The position numbers were made by a program, and so were the translations under genes. A DNA stretch of 64,000 nucleotides from Octopus sinensis (Eukaryota), in contig NC_043000.1 of NCBI RefSeq assembly GCF_006345805.1, positions 6,758,001 to 6,822,000 on the forward strand, given 5' to 3'. The notes beneath the pieces are model-generated. The model did not search any database, had not been told where the DNA came from, and was given only the letters and a program-made list of their open reading frames with translations. Numbering within the stretch: position 1 is the first letter of the stretch; each line of letters starts with the position of its first letter. Shown piece by piece: positions 50,894 through 64,000 of this stretch.

Positions 50894-51672
50894 TATACAC
50901 ACACACATTTTTAAAAATTGTTTTTAATCAATAGAAAGTTACAAAAGGGATTTAGGGACCGAGAGCTTTGTGCATGCATATATGTATGAGTGTAAGTTAA
51001 TATTTGTGCAAACAGTATTTGAACGTTTTTATGAACATATGTTTCTACTTAATACTACATAAGCATAGGTGTGATAGCAGCAGCAGTAGTAATAGGAGTT
51101 CCTCTCAAACTCTAATTGTCTATATCCGAGTATTCATTTGGAAGTAGTTTCAAGAGTGAAACTTAATGTAAGAACATTTCTTACGCCCACAGAGACAGGA
51201 CATGTGTGTATACATAAGTAGACATTCATACATAACAAATGATAGTGACAGAAAATGGAATATACGAGAAACTTTATTGCTCACAATGATCGTTTCATCC
51301 CATCCTGCATGGATCCCTCATGATTGGGATACTGAACAACTGGTTATGGTGCCTCCCTTGGTGCAGAAGGCAGTGAACGTGTTTCATTGGCTAACTAGCT
51401 AACTAATAGGAACATAGCAAATACTTAAATAATTACTTTATATATATATGTATACTTTTTTATTCTTTTACTTGTTTCGGTTATTTGACTGTGGCCATGC
51501 TGGAGCACTGCCTTTAGTCAAGCAAATCGACCCCAGGACTTATTCTTTGTTAGCCTAGTACTTATTTTATCGGTCTCTTTTGGCAAACCACTAAGATACG
51601 GGGATGTAAAAACACCAGTTGTCAAGTGATGTTGGGGGAGACAAACACAGACACACAAACATATACACACAC

Positions 51673-51748
<76 letters not shown>

Positions 51749-52534
51749 ATATTAATAAAAGGAATGTCTGATTTTCACGTTTTATTTACAATCTTATAAT
51801 GATATAATATAATATAATATAATAGAATAAAATAATAGAATGTTAAATGTTCATTCTGATTGAACTAGTACTTTCAGGCATTAAATTCTGCAATCTTCAG
51901 GTTCATGTAGTAGTGGTGACAGTCATGCTTCACAATTTTTGACTGTAGCAAGATGATTGAATCTGTGCCTTAAATACAGCTGTGTAGGCTCCAGATTGCT
52001 AGGTTTTGCAAACTGTATTCTGACCAATCAGTGTGTAGTATCACTCAATTACTTAAGCTGATTGGTTTAGGCGTCACGCTTTGTTGGACATGTCAAGAGT
52101 CCTGTATCTTAACCCTGGCCGAAGCAGCAATTGTTGGGCTATTTTTAGAAATGTTGTAAATAGCCTTTGTCAGAGATTTTTATATTTTTATATTCAATTG
52201 TCATCATCATCATTGTCAGCACCTTAATTATTGTTGCAAGTGGTGATGGTGGTGGCAATAGAACTTTTAACCCTAAATAAGATAATTTTCCTGCTATCTA
52301 AGTATTATTATTATTGCTTATTTAGCTTGGGTTCGAATTTATCAATAAAATTCTTTTCTCTGATTTTACTCTCAATTTCACTTGGGCTGTGTAATTTTTA
52401 GAATGGAAATATATTTTCCGACCACATGTTGCTAGGTGGTTACTCAAAGGTATCTGACGGACCTCTGGGTCCGTGTACACCAACAACAGATTCCTTTTAT
52501 TAATATATTCTTCTATACACAATCACACACACAC

Positions 52535-52582
<48 letters not shown>

Positions 52583-52588
<6 letters not shown>

Positions 52589-54102
52589 CGGGAAGGTTTA
52601 CGAAAATAAACAAAAAACGAAGGCAGGTGGAGTACAAACAAACAAATGTATTAGTATGGCGCTCAGGAATAGAAATAGAACAAGTCTTTTACGTTTCAAG
52701 CCTATGCTCTTCGACAGAAAGATACACAGAAAAAAAACAAGGAGAGAAAAAAATGTGTGTAGGAGCTAACGATCTATCATGGCGTTCTGACATCAGGCAG
52801 AAGTCAGAGGTCAGAAGCTAGAGGGACAGTAGGGGAGATAACAGGGTCAAGTGACTTCCAAAACGAAGGTGGCCCCCAACACAAAGGTGCGTGTGTGTAT
52901 AAGAGAGCATGTATGTGCATGTGAAAGAGGGCTGGTGGTCGGGGTAGAGTGGGGGTTGTGGGGAGGGGATTAGGGGAGGGGAGAGAGGAGGAGGAGGTGG
53001 AGGGGAGAGAGGAGGAGGAGGGAAAGGAGGAGGTGGAGGGGAGGGAGAAGAGGAAGAGGGGGAGAGAAGGGGAGTGAGGGAGCAGAGAGAAGGGGAAGAG
53101 GGAAGAAGAGAGAAGAAGAGGGAAGAAGGGAAAGAGATTAGGGGTGAAAAGATGAAGGATTGAAGAGGAGTCAGAAGGGGAGGTTAGATGAAAAGAGGGG
53201 GAGAATTGAGCCCAAATGGCATAAAAGAGCGAAGAGAGAAGATTAATCCCTGTTCATGGCGCAAGCGGCAATCCGGATGGCCTCTGTGCAAGGACAATCC
53301 GAACACAGACAGGTGTTGCAAGGAGTGACCGGTGGAGCGGAAATGGCGTGAGACCGGAGTGTCATTGGTGAGGCTGATGTCTCGGAGGTGTTCCGCGAAC
53401 CGGTCAGCTAAGCGGCGTCCCATTTGTCCGATGTACAGGGAATGGCAGAGAGAGCAGGAGATGCAATAGATGATATTGCTGGAAGTGCAGGTGAAGGAGT
53501 CGATGCGATAGGGTCGATGATGGGTGCCGGTGAGGAGGGTGGTGTTGGAGAGGTAAGGGCAAGTGCGGCAACGTGGGCGGGAGCAGGGGAACGTGTCAGG
53601 TTGGGAGGTAGGGTCAGGGAAGAAGCTGTGGACCAAGAGGTCTCGTAGGTTATGGGCTCATTTGAAGGAGGGGAGGGGTCGGTTAGGGAAGAGGTGTGAA
53701 GTGGACGGGTCGGACTGGAGATGCCGGAAAGCTCAAAGAATGGTGCGTTGGAGAGGTAGGGTGGTAAGTGAGGGGAAAAGGGAGGCGGGAGACTGCAAGG
53801 CAGGTTCGGGGGGGGGGAGATGCATGGTCTACAGAACGTGCTCTGGCAAGGGCGGTGTGGATAGTGGTGAGGGGGGTATCCACGTAGGATGAAGCGGCAA
53901 GCCATGAGTTGAGACTGAGTCTCAAAGTCATGGTCGTCACTACAGAGCCTACATAGACAGAGGAATTGGGAATGGAAAGCTTGGTGCATTTGGGGTGGGA
54001 GGAAGAGAAGTTTAGGTATGAGTGTGAGTCTGTGTGTTTGTAGTGAATGGAGGTGGTAAGAGTGGAGTGATGAATGCGGACCGAAATGTCGAGGATGGAA
54101 TA
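52583..54102 (-). mobile_element. Neptune-type Penelope-like element, 5'-truncated and frameshifted
   Basis: Thumb LDISVRI..TSIHYKHTDSHSYLNFSSSHPKCTKLSIP, then QFL..RLCSDDHDFE. Linker FPCSRPRCRTC and GIY-YIG FTCTSSNIIYCISCSLCHSLYIGQMGRRLADRFAEH. A pyrimidine-rich 3' tract follows, then a pLTR ending at (TA)n. Confidence 0.92.
52685..52722 (-). ncRNA. Minimal type I hammerhead-like motif in Neptune pLTR
   Basis: UCUUU-CUGUCGA-A-GAGC(AUAG)GCUU-GAAA-CG-UA-AAAGA: 5-bp stem I, 4-bp stem II, palindromic ACGU stem III. U replaces A at core position 6. Confidence 0.55.
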
Positions 54103-54559
54103 TAGATATATGTATATATACATATATACGATGGGCTTCTTTCAGTTTCCATCAACCAAATCCACTCACAAGGCTTTTGTGAGCCCGAGGCTATAGCAGA
54201 AAACACTTGCCCAAGGTGTCACACAGTGGGACTGAACCCGGAACCATGTGGTTGGTAAGCAAGCTACTTACCACACAGCCACTCCGACGCCTATAATGTA
54301 TATATATATTTTTTTAAAGAGGTAAATTCTGGTCAATCAACTCTAATAACACAATTTTTCCTTAATGCTTAACCTTTTATCGTAATGTAGTTATTTGTTC
54401 TTTGAACAGCCTAAAATAAGTTTTTGGCTACTTGATGACTTAGACGCTTTCCTACCGTTGTTTTACATAATCCATATATGTTTTACTTTATTACACCTCG
54501 AATATTTTTACATTCTTTTAATCTGTATTTTTATTTATATATTTATGTGGGACTTACTC

Positions 54560-54759
54560 TTTTAATTGTTTCAGTCATTTTGACTGTGGCCATGCTGGAG
54601 CACTGCCTTTAGTCAAGCAAATTAATCCCAAGACTTATTCTTTGTAAGCCTAGTTCTTATTTTATCAGTGTCTTTTGCTGAACCACTAAGTTACGGGGAC
54701 GTAAACACACCAGCATCGGTTGTCAAGCGATGTTGGACACGCACACACATACATATATA

Positions 54760-54790
<31 letters not shown>

Positions 54791-54950
54791 ACGACGGGCT
54801 TCTTTCAGTTTCCGTCTACCAAATCCACAAGGTTTTGGTCGGCCCGAGGCTAGAGTAGAAGTCACTTGCCCAAGGTGCCATGCAGTGGGACTGAACCCAG
54901 AACCATGTGGTTGGTAAGCAAGCTACTTACCACACAGTCATCCTGCACCT
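54560..54950 (-). mobile_element. SINE family A
   Basis: Reverse complement of 820-1268. Confidence 0.85.
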
Positions 54951-54976
54951 ATACTTGTGTGTATATATATATATAT

Positions 54977-55046
<70 letters not shown>

Positions 55047-55692
55047 ATATATATATATAATATATATATATATTATATATATATATAATATATATATATA
55101 TGCCTCTATTTATCTCTATTAGATCATATTAATGTATGTGTATTTTTAATGTTTAAAATTTTGTGTCTGGGGTTCAGTTTAGTAAGATTAAAAAGTAAAT
55201 AAAAATTACCTGGGATTTTGTTGATTGATCTACACTTTGTTTCTGAATTTACCTCTTTAATTATCGATGGTTTCGGATATTCTGAGCACTTCTCAGTAGC
55301 AGCCCATATATTTCGAAAGAAAGATTTGATAGTATGTGTATGTGTGTGTGTGTGTGTGTGTGTATTGCTAAGGTTTCAAAAGCAACGGAAAAGCTTTTTG
55401 AAACAGACAAAAAAAAATAAATAAATAGATGAGGGGAAATTGAACCGGTGAGTGTGTTAAATATATTAAGGCAATATTATTCTCCCCAGATACTATATAT
55501 ATATATATATATGGGGTCGAATAGTTCAGCTACACCCTTCAAGACGGTGCCCTGGCACGGTCGCAGTCCATTGACTGAAAACAAGTAAAAGGGTAAAAAA
55601 CAACATATAGGGATGCGTAGATGTGCGTGAAGGAGAAGGAGAGAGAGAGAGAATGCGTGCGGGCGCATTTTAGTGGAACCAACGAGGGTTAA

Positions 55693-56670
55693 GGTTTACA
55701 TCTTGACTCGGAAATGAACTATCCCCTCCCCCCCCCCAAAAAAAAGATACTGGAATGGGTGTAAAACAATGTGTAAGAAACGAATATGAGGAAAAAAATG
55801 CGCGCAAAGCAACGGGAGGGTGGGGAGAGGACTTCGGGAAATTCCCAAGATCCGAGTTTTTCCCTCATAACTTTTAGGAAGATGGGTTTTTTTCAATGAA
55901 ATTTTATAGAAATACCTTTTTATATGAAGAAATTTGTGGGGGAAATCTTTTCCAAGGGGGTGGGGTGAGGACTTCGGAAAATTCACAAAATCCGAACTTT
56001 TCTCTCATAACTTTTAGGAAAATGTTGTTTTTTTCAATGAAATTTTATATAAATACCTTTGAAACGGCATACATTATGACTGAAATAATTTGTGGGGAAA
56101 ATCTTGAGGTGGGGAGAGGACTTTCGGAAAATTCCCGATATCCGAATTTTTCCTTGTTATATTCCGAAATCACATTCAACTTTCTACAGATACCCTGGCG
56201 TAGTACTACTACACTACGTAATGTTTATTTCTACCCACTTTCAATAATTTTTAATGTTTTAGCTTCAGTTTTATTTCATTTTCAATTATTTTTACGCTTT
56301 TTAAACCTTTCGTCGTTATTCACATTCACTCGTTATTATTTTCTCTCTCTCGAGGGAAAAACTTGGATCTTGTGAATTTTCCGAAGTCCTCTCCCCTCTC
56401 TTCGGAAAAGATTTTCCCCATAAATTACTTTATAATCGTAATGTATGCCATTTGAATGGTATTTCTATAAAATTTCATTGAAAAAAACCCATCTTCCTAA
56501 AAGTTATGAGGGAAAAACTCGGATCTTGGGAATTTCCCGAAGTCCTCTCCCCACCCTCCCGTTGCTTTGCGCGCATTTTTTTCCTCATATTCGTTTCTTA
56601 CACATTGTTTTACACCCGTTCCAGTATTTGGGGAGGGGCGGATTTTCATTTCCGGGTCAAGATGTAAACA
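55693..56670. mobile_element. 978-bp foldback/non-autonomous DNA transposon with TTAA TSD (Kolobok-like)
   Basis: TTAA at 55689-55692 and 56671-56674. TIRs start GGTTTACATCTTGAC / end GTCAAGATGTAAACA, with about 220-bp near-perfect arms and internal gaggacttcgg..ctcataacttttagga subrepeats. Confidence 0.85.
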
Positions 56671-57072
56671 TTAAGCCAAACGAGAAATAAAACTGAATAC
56701 GTGAGAAATCATGTTGTCACGTACGAAACACTGCACTCAAGTCACTTCTTTTGAAAATTTTCTGTCCAAAGATTATGAGTGTGCGAGTACGCGCGCGTCT
56801 GTGAATTCTGATTGCCTGGCAGATGCTTGACAAACTAGCACAAGGATTTTTTTTTCTTAAGAGAACGTTTCATTCGTTCTTAGAGAATATGCCAAGTGAC
56901 AAAATTATCTTGAGAACTGAGCTTGTATAAGAAAGCCGGAAACTGGCAAAATGGCTGAAGGGTTCTCCAGACTTCGCAGTGCCACTTAATTTGGTGTGTC
57001 TCAGTCCATAAAGACACACCAAGTGTTTGCCCTACACCATAGCTTTAACCCATGAAGACAGCATGTTGATAC

Positions 57073-57240
57073 CTGCACCAGTTGTTCCCTTTGGTCTGCT
57101 GTGAGCGCCAGAGGTAGCATGTAACATAGTAAGAACCTGCTTCTGATGGTCGAGTCATCGACAATTAAATTGGTAACTCCGCCATGCCTCCTGCTTGACG
57201 AGGAAAGTGATTTCTGAACATGCTGCAGAATGGAAAACAT
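57073..57240 (-). CDS. Candidate first coding exon (56 aa, MFSILQHVQK...TADQREQLVQ) of an unidentified gene
   Basis: Real ATG, CAG|gtatca donor (phase 0), unique and relatively GC-rich sequence, immediately downstream of a CpG-rich stretch. Confidence 0.35.
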
Positions 57241-57279
57241 GATCTGTCAAAGATGAGCTTGGAGGAGTCAGTAGCTGAG

Positions 57280-57569
57280 TGTGTGAGCACGCGTGTATCG
57301 TTAATGGCATATTCGTATTTCACTCAAATGAAGTAGAGAAGAAATATATTTATACACACGCACGTTCGTGTTCATACATAAACATGCATTCAGACATTTA
57401 CTCATGCGGCCGCGCGCACACACACAGAGTTTGACAACGGGCGTGAAATCATTTCCTTTCTCCTGAAGGAAAACCAGATAGGCACGCGCGGGCGCGAGAA
57501 TGTGTGCACACATGTACAAACATACATACACATAAAAATATGCATGTAAATCTACACACACACACATAT

Positions 57570-57626
<57 letters not shown>

Positions 57627-58130
57627 AAGAAAGAGAGAGAGGGACAGAGAGCGAGAAAGAAAGAGGGAATATGGATGTACACAAAACTCAGATATGGCTC
57701 TCTTGAAATTTAAATGATAAAAAAAAGGATGAAAAAAATTCTATTAAAAAAATATTTTGAATAAATAAAATTTAAAAATTAATATTATCATGAAATTACT
57801 TTGTATCGTAATTATAATTTTTTTTTTTAATGAAAAGAATCCTCTGTCGTTTCTCCCTATTCATCATATAATGTCAATAGCTGAGCATTTCAATCATGTT
57901 GTCTTAATGTAATCCTCTAGTAGAGTCGGTGGTGCGACACCGATGGGCTTCCATAGAACTCCTATTGTCGGCTGCCCCCGAAGTAGAAGACGCTTGGCTG
58001 AGCTGTCGTGCAACAGGATCGAACTCGGTTTCTTGTGATTGCAAAACAAATATGCAAAGATGTTCATCCTCGATAGTGATTTGTAACATAGGTACAAAAC
58101 CAAAAATATGGGGTCAGGGATAAATCGATT
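57280..58130. promoter_or_regulatory. CpG-retaining promoter-like / 5' region
   Basis: cgcgcg and gcggccgcgcgc clusters plus unique CpG-rich sequence at 57860-58100, upstream of the 57240 ATG. Inference only. Confidence 0.3.
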
Positions 58131-60280
58131 AGATCAGTGTTAGCACTTCGATGCCGTTTTATTTTATCATAAAGTAGAAAGATAATAGTTAGCCCCAATG
58201 AGGTTTGAACTCAGAACATTGCATACCGCAAAGCATTTTAGCTGATGCTCAAACAATGGTGCCAAACCACAGTCGTCATTCTCATAATAGTAATTCAATA
58301 TGAAATCATACGAAATACTATTATGAAAATCGACGAGTTTGACGCAAATATTATATATGAAGACATTTTTCAATAACATATCTCATATCCCTCTCTTCTT
58401 TTTGAAATTTCCTACTTTGGATACCTACCTTTTATTGTTTATCATCCAGAATAGTAATAAATATGCTTAGTTAAATATTTTCGTTTGTCTGCTTTTGGTA
58501 AATTGTTCTTCATCGAAAATATAAAAATAATTTTTTAGAAATGTTTTCCAGCAGACTATTATTGAATAAAGCTGACTATTGCTACCATTTTGATGGAAGA
58601 ACAATGTCCTGGGGTCGATGTAGAGACCTTAAACAAAATGGTTTAAGGAAGACAAAATATCAGTTACATTTTGAACGTAATTATCGTTACTTGGAGCCAA
58701 TCGAAAAATTATTAGAAGCATATGGACATTCATATTGAAAAGTTCCACTCAAAAATGAAGGAGTTCCGGTCCTCTTTGAAGCCAATCAATCAGCTATGGC
58801 AGAAGACGACTTATGATCAAAAGCATTCCAACCACGACCATCTTGCCTTTTTTCGAATCTTATATATCTACGCCTTTATCATCCAACACGTCCTTTCTTT
58901 TAAAAAAGTCAGTATGAGTTGAGAAAAACCTAGCTACTATTTCTAGCCGGTCAAACTATTGCATAAAGCATGGTTCGGCAACAGATGGCCCTCGAAAGTG
59001 TTTTCTCTTGGCCTCAGACTGTTTTTTAAAATGTTTTAATTTAATGTATTTGTGGCAATTGAACAAGTTAATGGCCTTTGTGCTATTTGTTTAATTTTTG
59101 TCTTACATAAACATTGTCAGTCATAGGAATGGGGTAATAAGCGGCGACATTTTTATATGTAAGATATACACAATGTGAGCCATCTTACCGGCAGTATAGG
59201 CCTCCAGGCAAAGAAATTTGCTGGGGCCGCTGCATACACAACCATTGCATATGGGCCCAGTGTTAATCTACGTAGAATGTACCTACATAGTGTCCATGCT
59301 TTAGCACGGTACTGGGGCCATTACATGAAAAAGCTGTCTGATCCATGTGTTTTCGTCGGCTCAGTATCGAAAAATTATTTGAAGACATATGGATATTCGA
59401 ATTGAAAAAGTCCATTTAAAAATGAAAAAAGGTTCCGGGTCCTTCTAGAGACAAGATTTGGGTGTTTAAATATGTGGCCTAACTGAAATGCTGGATCCAC
59501 TGTTTGAAAAGTTTTGGCAATCTAATTGATTGAATTTGGAGATTGCGAACTTCTAGTACACACACACGTACACGTGTGTGCATGTTTTTTTAAAAATCCT
59601 AACCGGAATTATTGTGATAAAAGGCATTCCAGCTGTAACAACCCCGTCTTTTATTCAGATACAGTGTATCTAGGGTTACATTATCTTATATGTATTTCCC
59701 TATTTAACATAGTAGGATGTAATTTGAGGGAGATTTGACTATTATTTTTAGCATGTCGAGTGACCACATAGCAAATCTCTCGTTGATTCATATTTCATTT
59801 GATTGGGAACAACGCCGATTTATATTCGGTTTGAAATCTTGTAAAAAGTATGAATCGCAAGTATATTTATTACTAGTCCGGAGGAATGGAGACACAAACT
59901 GATCCAGACAAGGTTTTTATATATATACGTGTATGCATGTGCGTTTATATCTCGATTCTTTCCACAATAGGCACAAGTCCCAGAGAAGGAGACTCATCGA
60001 TTACATCGACCCCCCCCCCCGTGCTCAGCTAGTATTTATTTTATCGACTCCGAAAAGATGAAAGGCAAAGTCGTCTGCCATTTGAACTCAGAATGTAAGA
60101 AGCAGAAGAAATACCGCTAAGCATTTTGTCCGCCTTAGTTTGTATCTAAACCTGAAATAGCATAAATACGCCATAATGTTGTTTTTTTTAAATACCGTAT
60201 CCACATATTTGGTAGGTTTCGAAATAAGCAATCTCACGTAACGGTCTCATTTAAAACTTCTTTCTTTTTTATTACAAACG

Positions 60281-60692
60281 GGATCTTTTCGGTTTGAACG
60301 GCAGTTTTTTTCTAGTGGTGTCATATGAAATTGTCACCCATAATTATGACCCTAGTATCGATCTATTGCATTTCAATCTCTTTTAGGGTTAGGGTTAGGG
60401 GGAAGGGGATCTTTTTTTCTTCACAAATGTAAATAAACCCAATCTGTTTCTTAAACGAGGGACATATTCATACGGCACAGAATGTTTTTTACCTCAATGG
60501 ATATCACTGATTGGTTGAAATTGCAGAAATTGAAGAAAAAAACAACAAATATTTTACAAACTATAGAATTTTCTCAATAAAGCCAAGAGAAAAAGATGTT
60601 TTATAAACACATTCTACCAATATACGAAGTTTAAAATTTTTTTAGTTACCTAGAAATTATGTTAAAAACTGCTGTTCAAACCGAAAAGATCC
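60281..60692. mobile_element. 412-bp MITE, 29-bp TIR, 8-bp TSD (Merlin- or hAT-like)
   Basis: TIR GGATCTTTTCGGTTTGAACGGCAGTTTTT. Perfect flanking TACAAACG at 60273-60280 and 60693-60700. Confidence 0.9.
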
Positions 60693-62244
60693 TACAAACG
60701 TATTTTGTGGAAGTATGATCTGCATAAGACTATAATTTAAATCAAGATCTCAAGTCTGTTTAAATTCTTTCACAAGGCCTGAATTTGTGGAGAAGGAACT
60801 AGTCGGTTATATCAACCCCAGTTGTCAACTGGTACTTCATTTCATCGATCCCGAAAGGATAAAAAGCAAACTCGATGGAAACTGAATTCAGAACATACAG
60901 CTAGGAGAAATGTCGCAAAGCATATTCGGTGTGCTAACGATTCTGCTAGATCATTGCCTTAAAATCTGCTTTGATTCCTCTTCTAGCAACAGTGGTGGAT
61001 TGGCAGAATCGATAGAACGTCGTAGAAAAATACTTTGCAGTATTTTTTTCCGGCTCTTTACTTCATGAGTTCAAACCATACCAAAATCAGCTTTGCTCTT
61101 CATCATTTTGCGATCGATGGTAATGATTTATTCCCTTTCGTCAGAACCATTGATCTTCAACTTGTATTAGAAGCAATCATGATTATTCTGGCAAGAGGAT
61201 GAATTTGTAGAAAAATGGTTTTGTGGTCTTTTGAGTTCAAATGCATCCGAGACTACTTTATCTTCCATCCTTTAGTTATCGATAAAATAAATTACCAGAC
61301 AAATACTGAGATCGGTGGTATAGACTATTCACTTCTCACCAAACCTGTTGGATTTCTGCATAATTTAGAAACAATAATTATTATTGCTTAAGTTCAACTT
61401 TACCATTATTTTATCGAACCTGAACTTATTTCATCGATTAAAATAAAGTACCACTTAAGTATAGAAGTCGATTTAATCCACTAAGTCCGAATACCAAATC
61501 TGTGGACTTGTCCTTACACAGAAACAGTTATTCATTAAGCCTAAGGCCGCAACGAAGGCGCTTGGCCTACTTGGTTAGGGATGTCTCACGATCGCAACAT
61601 CGTGGTTTCGGTTCCCCAAGCGATGCGCAGTATTCTTCGGCAAAACACTTTTTTCGCGTTGCTCCAAACACTTTATTTCACCCGACTGTAAATGAGTAAC
61701 CCTTCAACGGATTAACGTTTAGGACGAGTGTTTTGATCTCGATCACTTATACAGCATGGAAACAGGGTAACCGGCGACCACAACTCGAGATAGTACTTTT
61801 GCCTAATCGCTAATCGGCAAAAAAATGCGTAGCAGCATTTAGTCCGGTTCTTTGTGCTGTGAGTTTAAATTCCGTCGAGGTCAACTTTACTTATCACCCT
61901 TTCGAGGTCGAGAGAATAAGTATCGATTGAACACAGGCGTCGATGTGATCAACTAACCCTACTCCCACCAAAACTGCTTGCCAAAATTTGAAACCATTAT
62001 TAATTAAATTAAGTACCAGTGAAACACTGGGGTCGATGTAATCGATTAGTCCCCTCCCCACAAATCTGAGGCCTTGTGTCTCCAGTAGAAAGGATTATCA
62101 ATTAACCCTGTGTAGTGAATATTTTTTCTACCAAGAAACATACATAAGTGCGTGTGTGTACAAATATACATGTCTACATATAGGCTTTAGCAGCCCTCAA
62201 GTAAGGAGAAAACTAAATACGCCATAGGAAATCTTGTGTCTTCT

Positions 62245-62605
62245 ATCTTTTACTTGTTTCAATCATTGGACCGTAGCCAGGCTGGGGCACCGCCTTGAAG
62301 AATTTTTAATCGAACGAATCGATCCTAGTAATTTTCTAAAGTCTAGTGCCTATTCCGTTTGTCTGTTTTGCCGAATCGTTAAGTTACGGGAACATAAACA
62401 AACCAAAACCAGTTGTCAAGCGGTGGTGTGAGACAAACACACACACACGACGGGCTTCTTTCAGTTTCCGTCAACCAAATCCACTCAAGGCTTTGGTCGG
62501 CTCGAGGCTATAGTAGAAGACACTTCCCCAAGGTGTGCCACGCAGTGGGAGCTGAACTCGGTACCATGTGGATAGGAAGCGAACTGCTTACCTCACAGCC
62601 GGAAA
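62245..62605 (-). mobile_element. SINE family A (many CpGs retained)
   Basis: Reverse complement of 820-1268. Confidence 0.8.
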
Positions 62606-62790
62606 CTGACTAATCGTTATTCCAAGCTTTCACGTATACTTTCATTCTACTCCGAGTTTCGCGTCCTAGTCAGGATTAGTCCGTTGACAAGTGAGAATGC
62701 GCAACTCGCAGTAGAGGCGAAAGGAAATTCAGGGAGAGACAGATAGAGAGATAGACAGTGATAGATACAGACATAGATAGACGCACAGGG

Positions 62791-64000
<1,210 letters not shown>

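Noticed and set aside
57894-58123. Three overlapping short ORFs
   Set aside because: A by-product of locally higher GC with no recognisable protein. Kept only as a possible promoter/UTR region.
62640-62700. GAAA-CUCGGAG-UA on the minus strand as a hammerhead
   Set aside because: The core is not adjacent to stem I and stem II does not pair. The plus-strand hairpin explains the sequence better.

Overview
Eukaryotic, AT-rich, repeat-dominated window that looks like octopus genomic DNA. It has dense tRNA-derived SINEs resembling the octopus OK/OR-type families and long (TA)n, (TG)n and (AAAG)n microsatellites. Nearly all ORFs in the supplied track are microsatellite or repeat artefacts. The one clear cellular coding region is a Snail/Scratch-superfamily C2H2 zinc-finger ORF (39609-40646, minus), with no SNAG motif in the visible exon. 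A few isolated, splice-site-bounded minus-strand exons (57073-57240, 33891-33966, 9029-9107) suggest one or more unidentified spliced genes. Mobile elements are two Penelope-like elements (PLEs; RT plus GIY-YIG), RTE and CR1/L2 LINE fragments, three mariner remnants, and several MITE/foldback families (piggyBac-like TTAA, Kolobok-like TTAA, 8-bp-TSD, Tigger/MER2-like). The most interesting signal is PLE-linked. A young PLE is bracketed by an apparently perfect 311-bp inverted pseudo-LTR carrying a hammerhead-like motif with a non-canonical core. A small palindromic non-autonomous relative shares the same end asymmetry, and a second PLE family has a different hammerhead core variant. All family assignments come from motif recognition by eye, with no database search.
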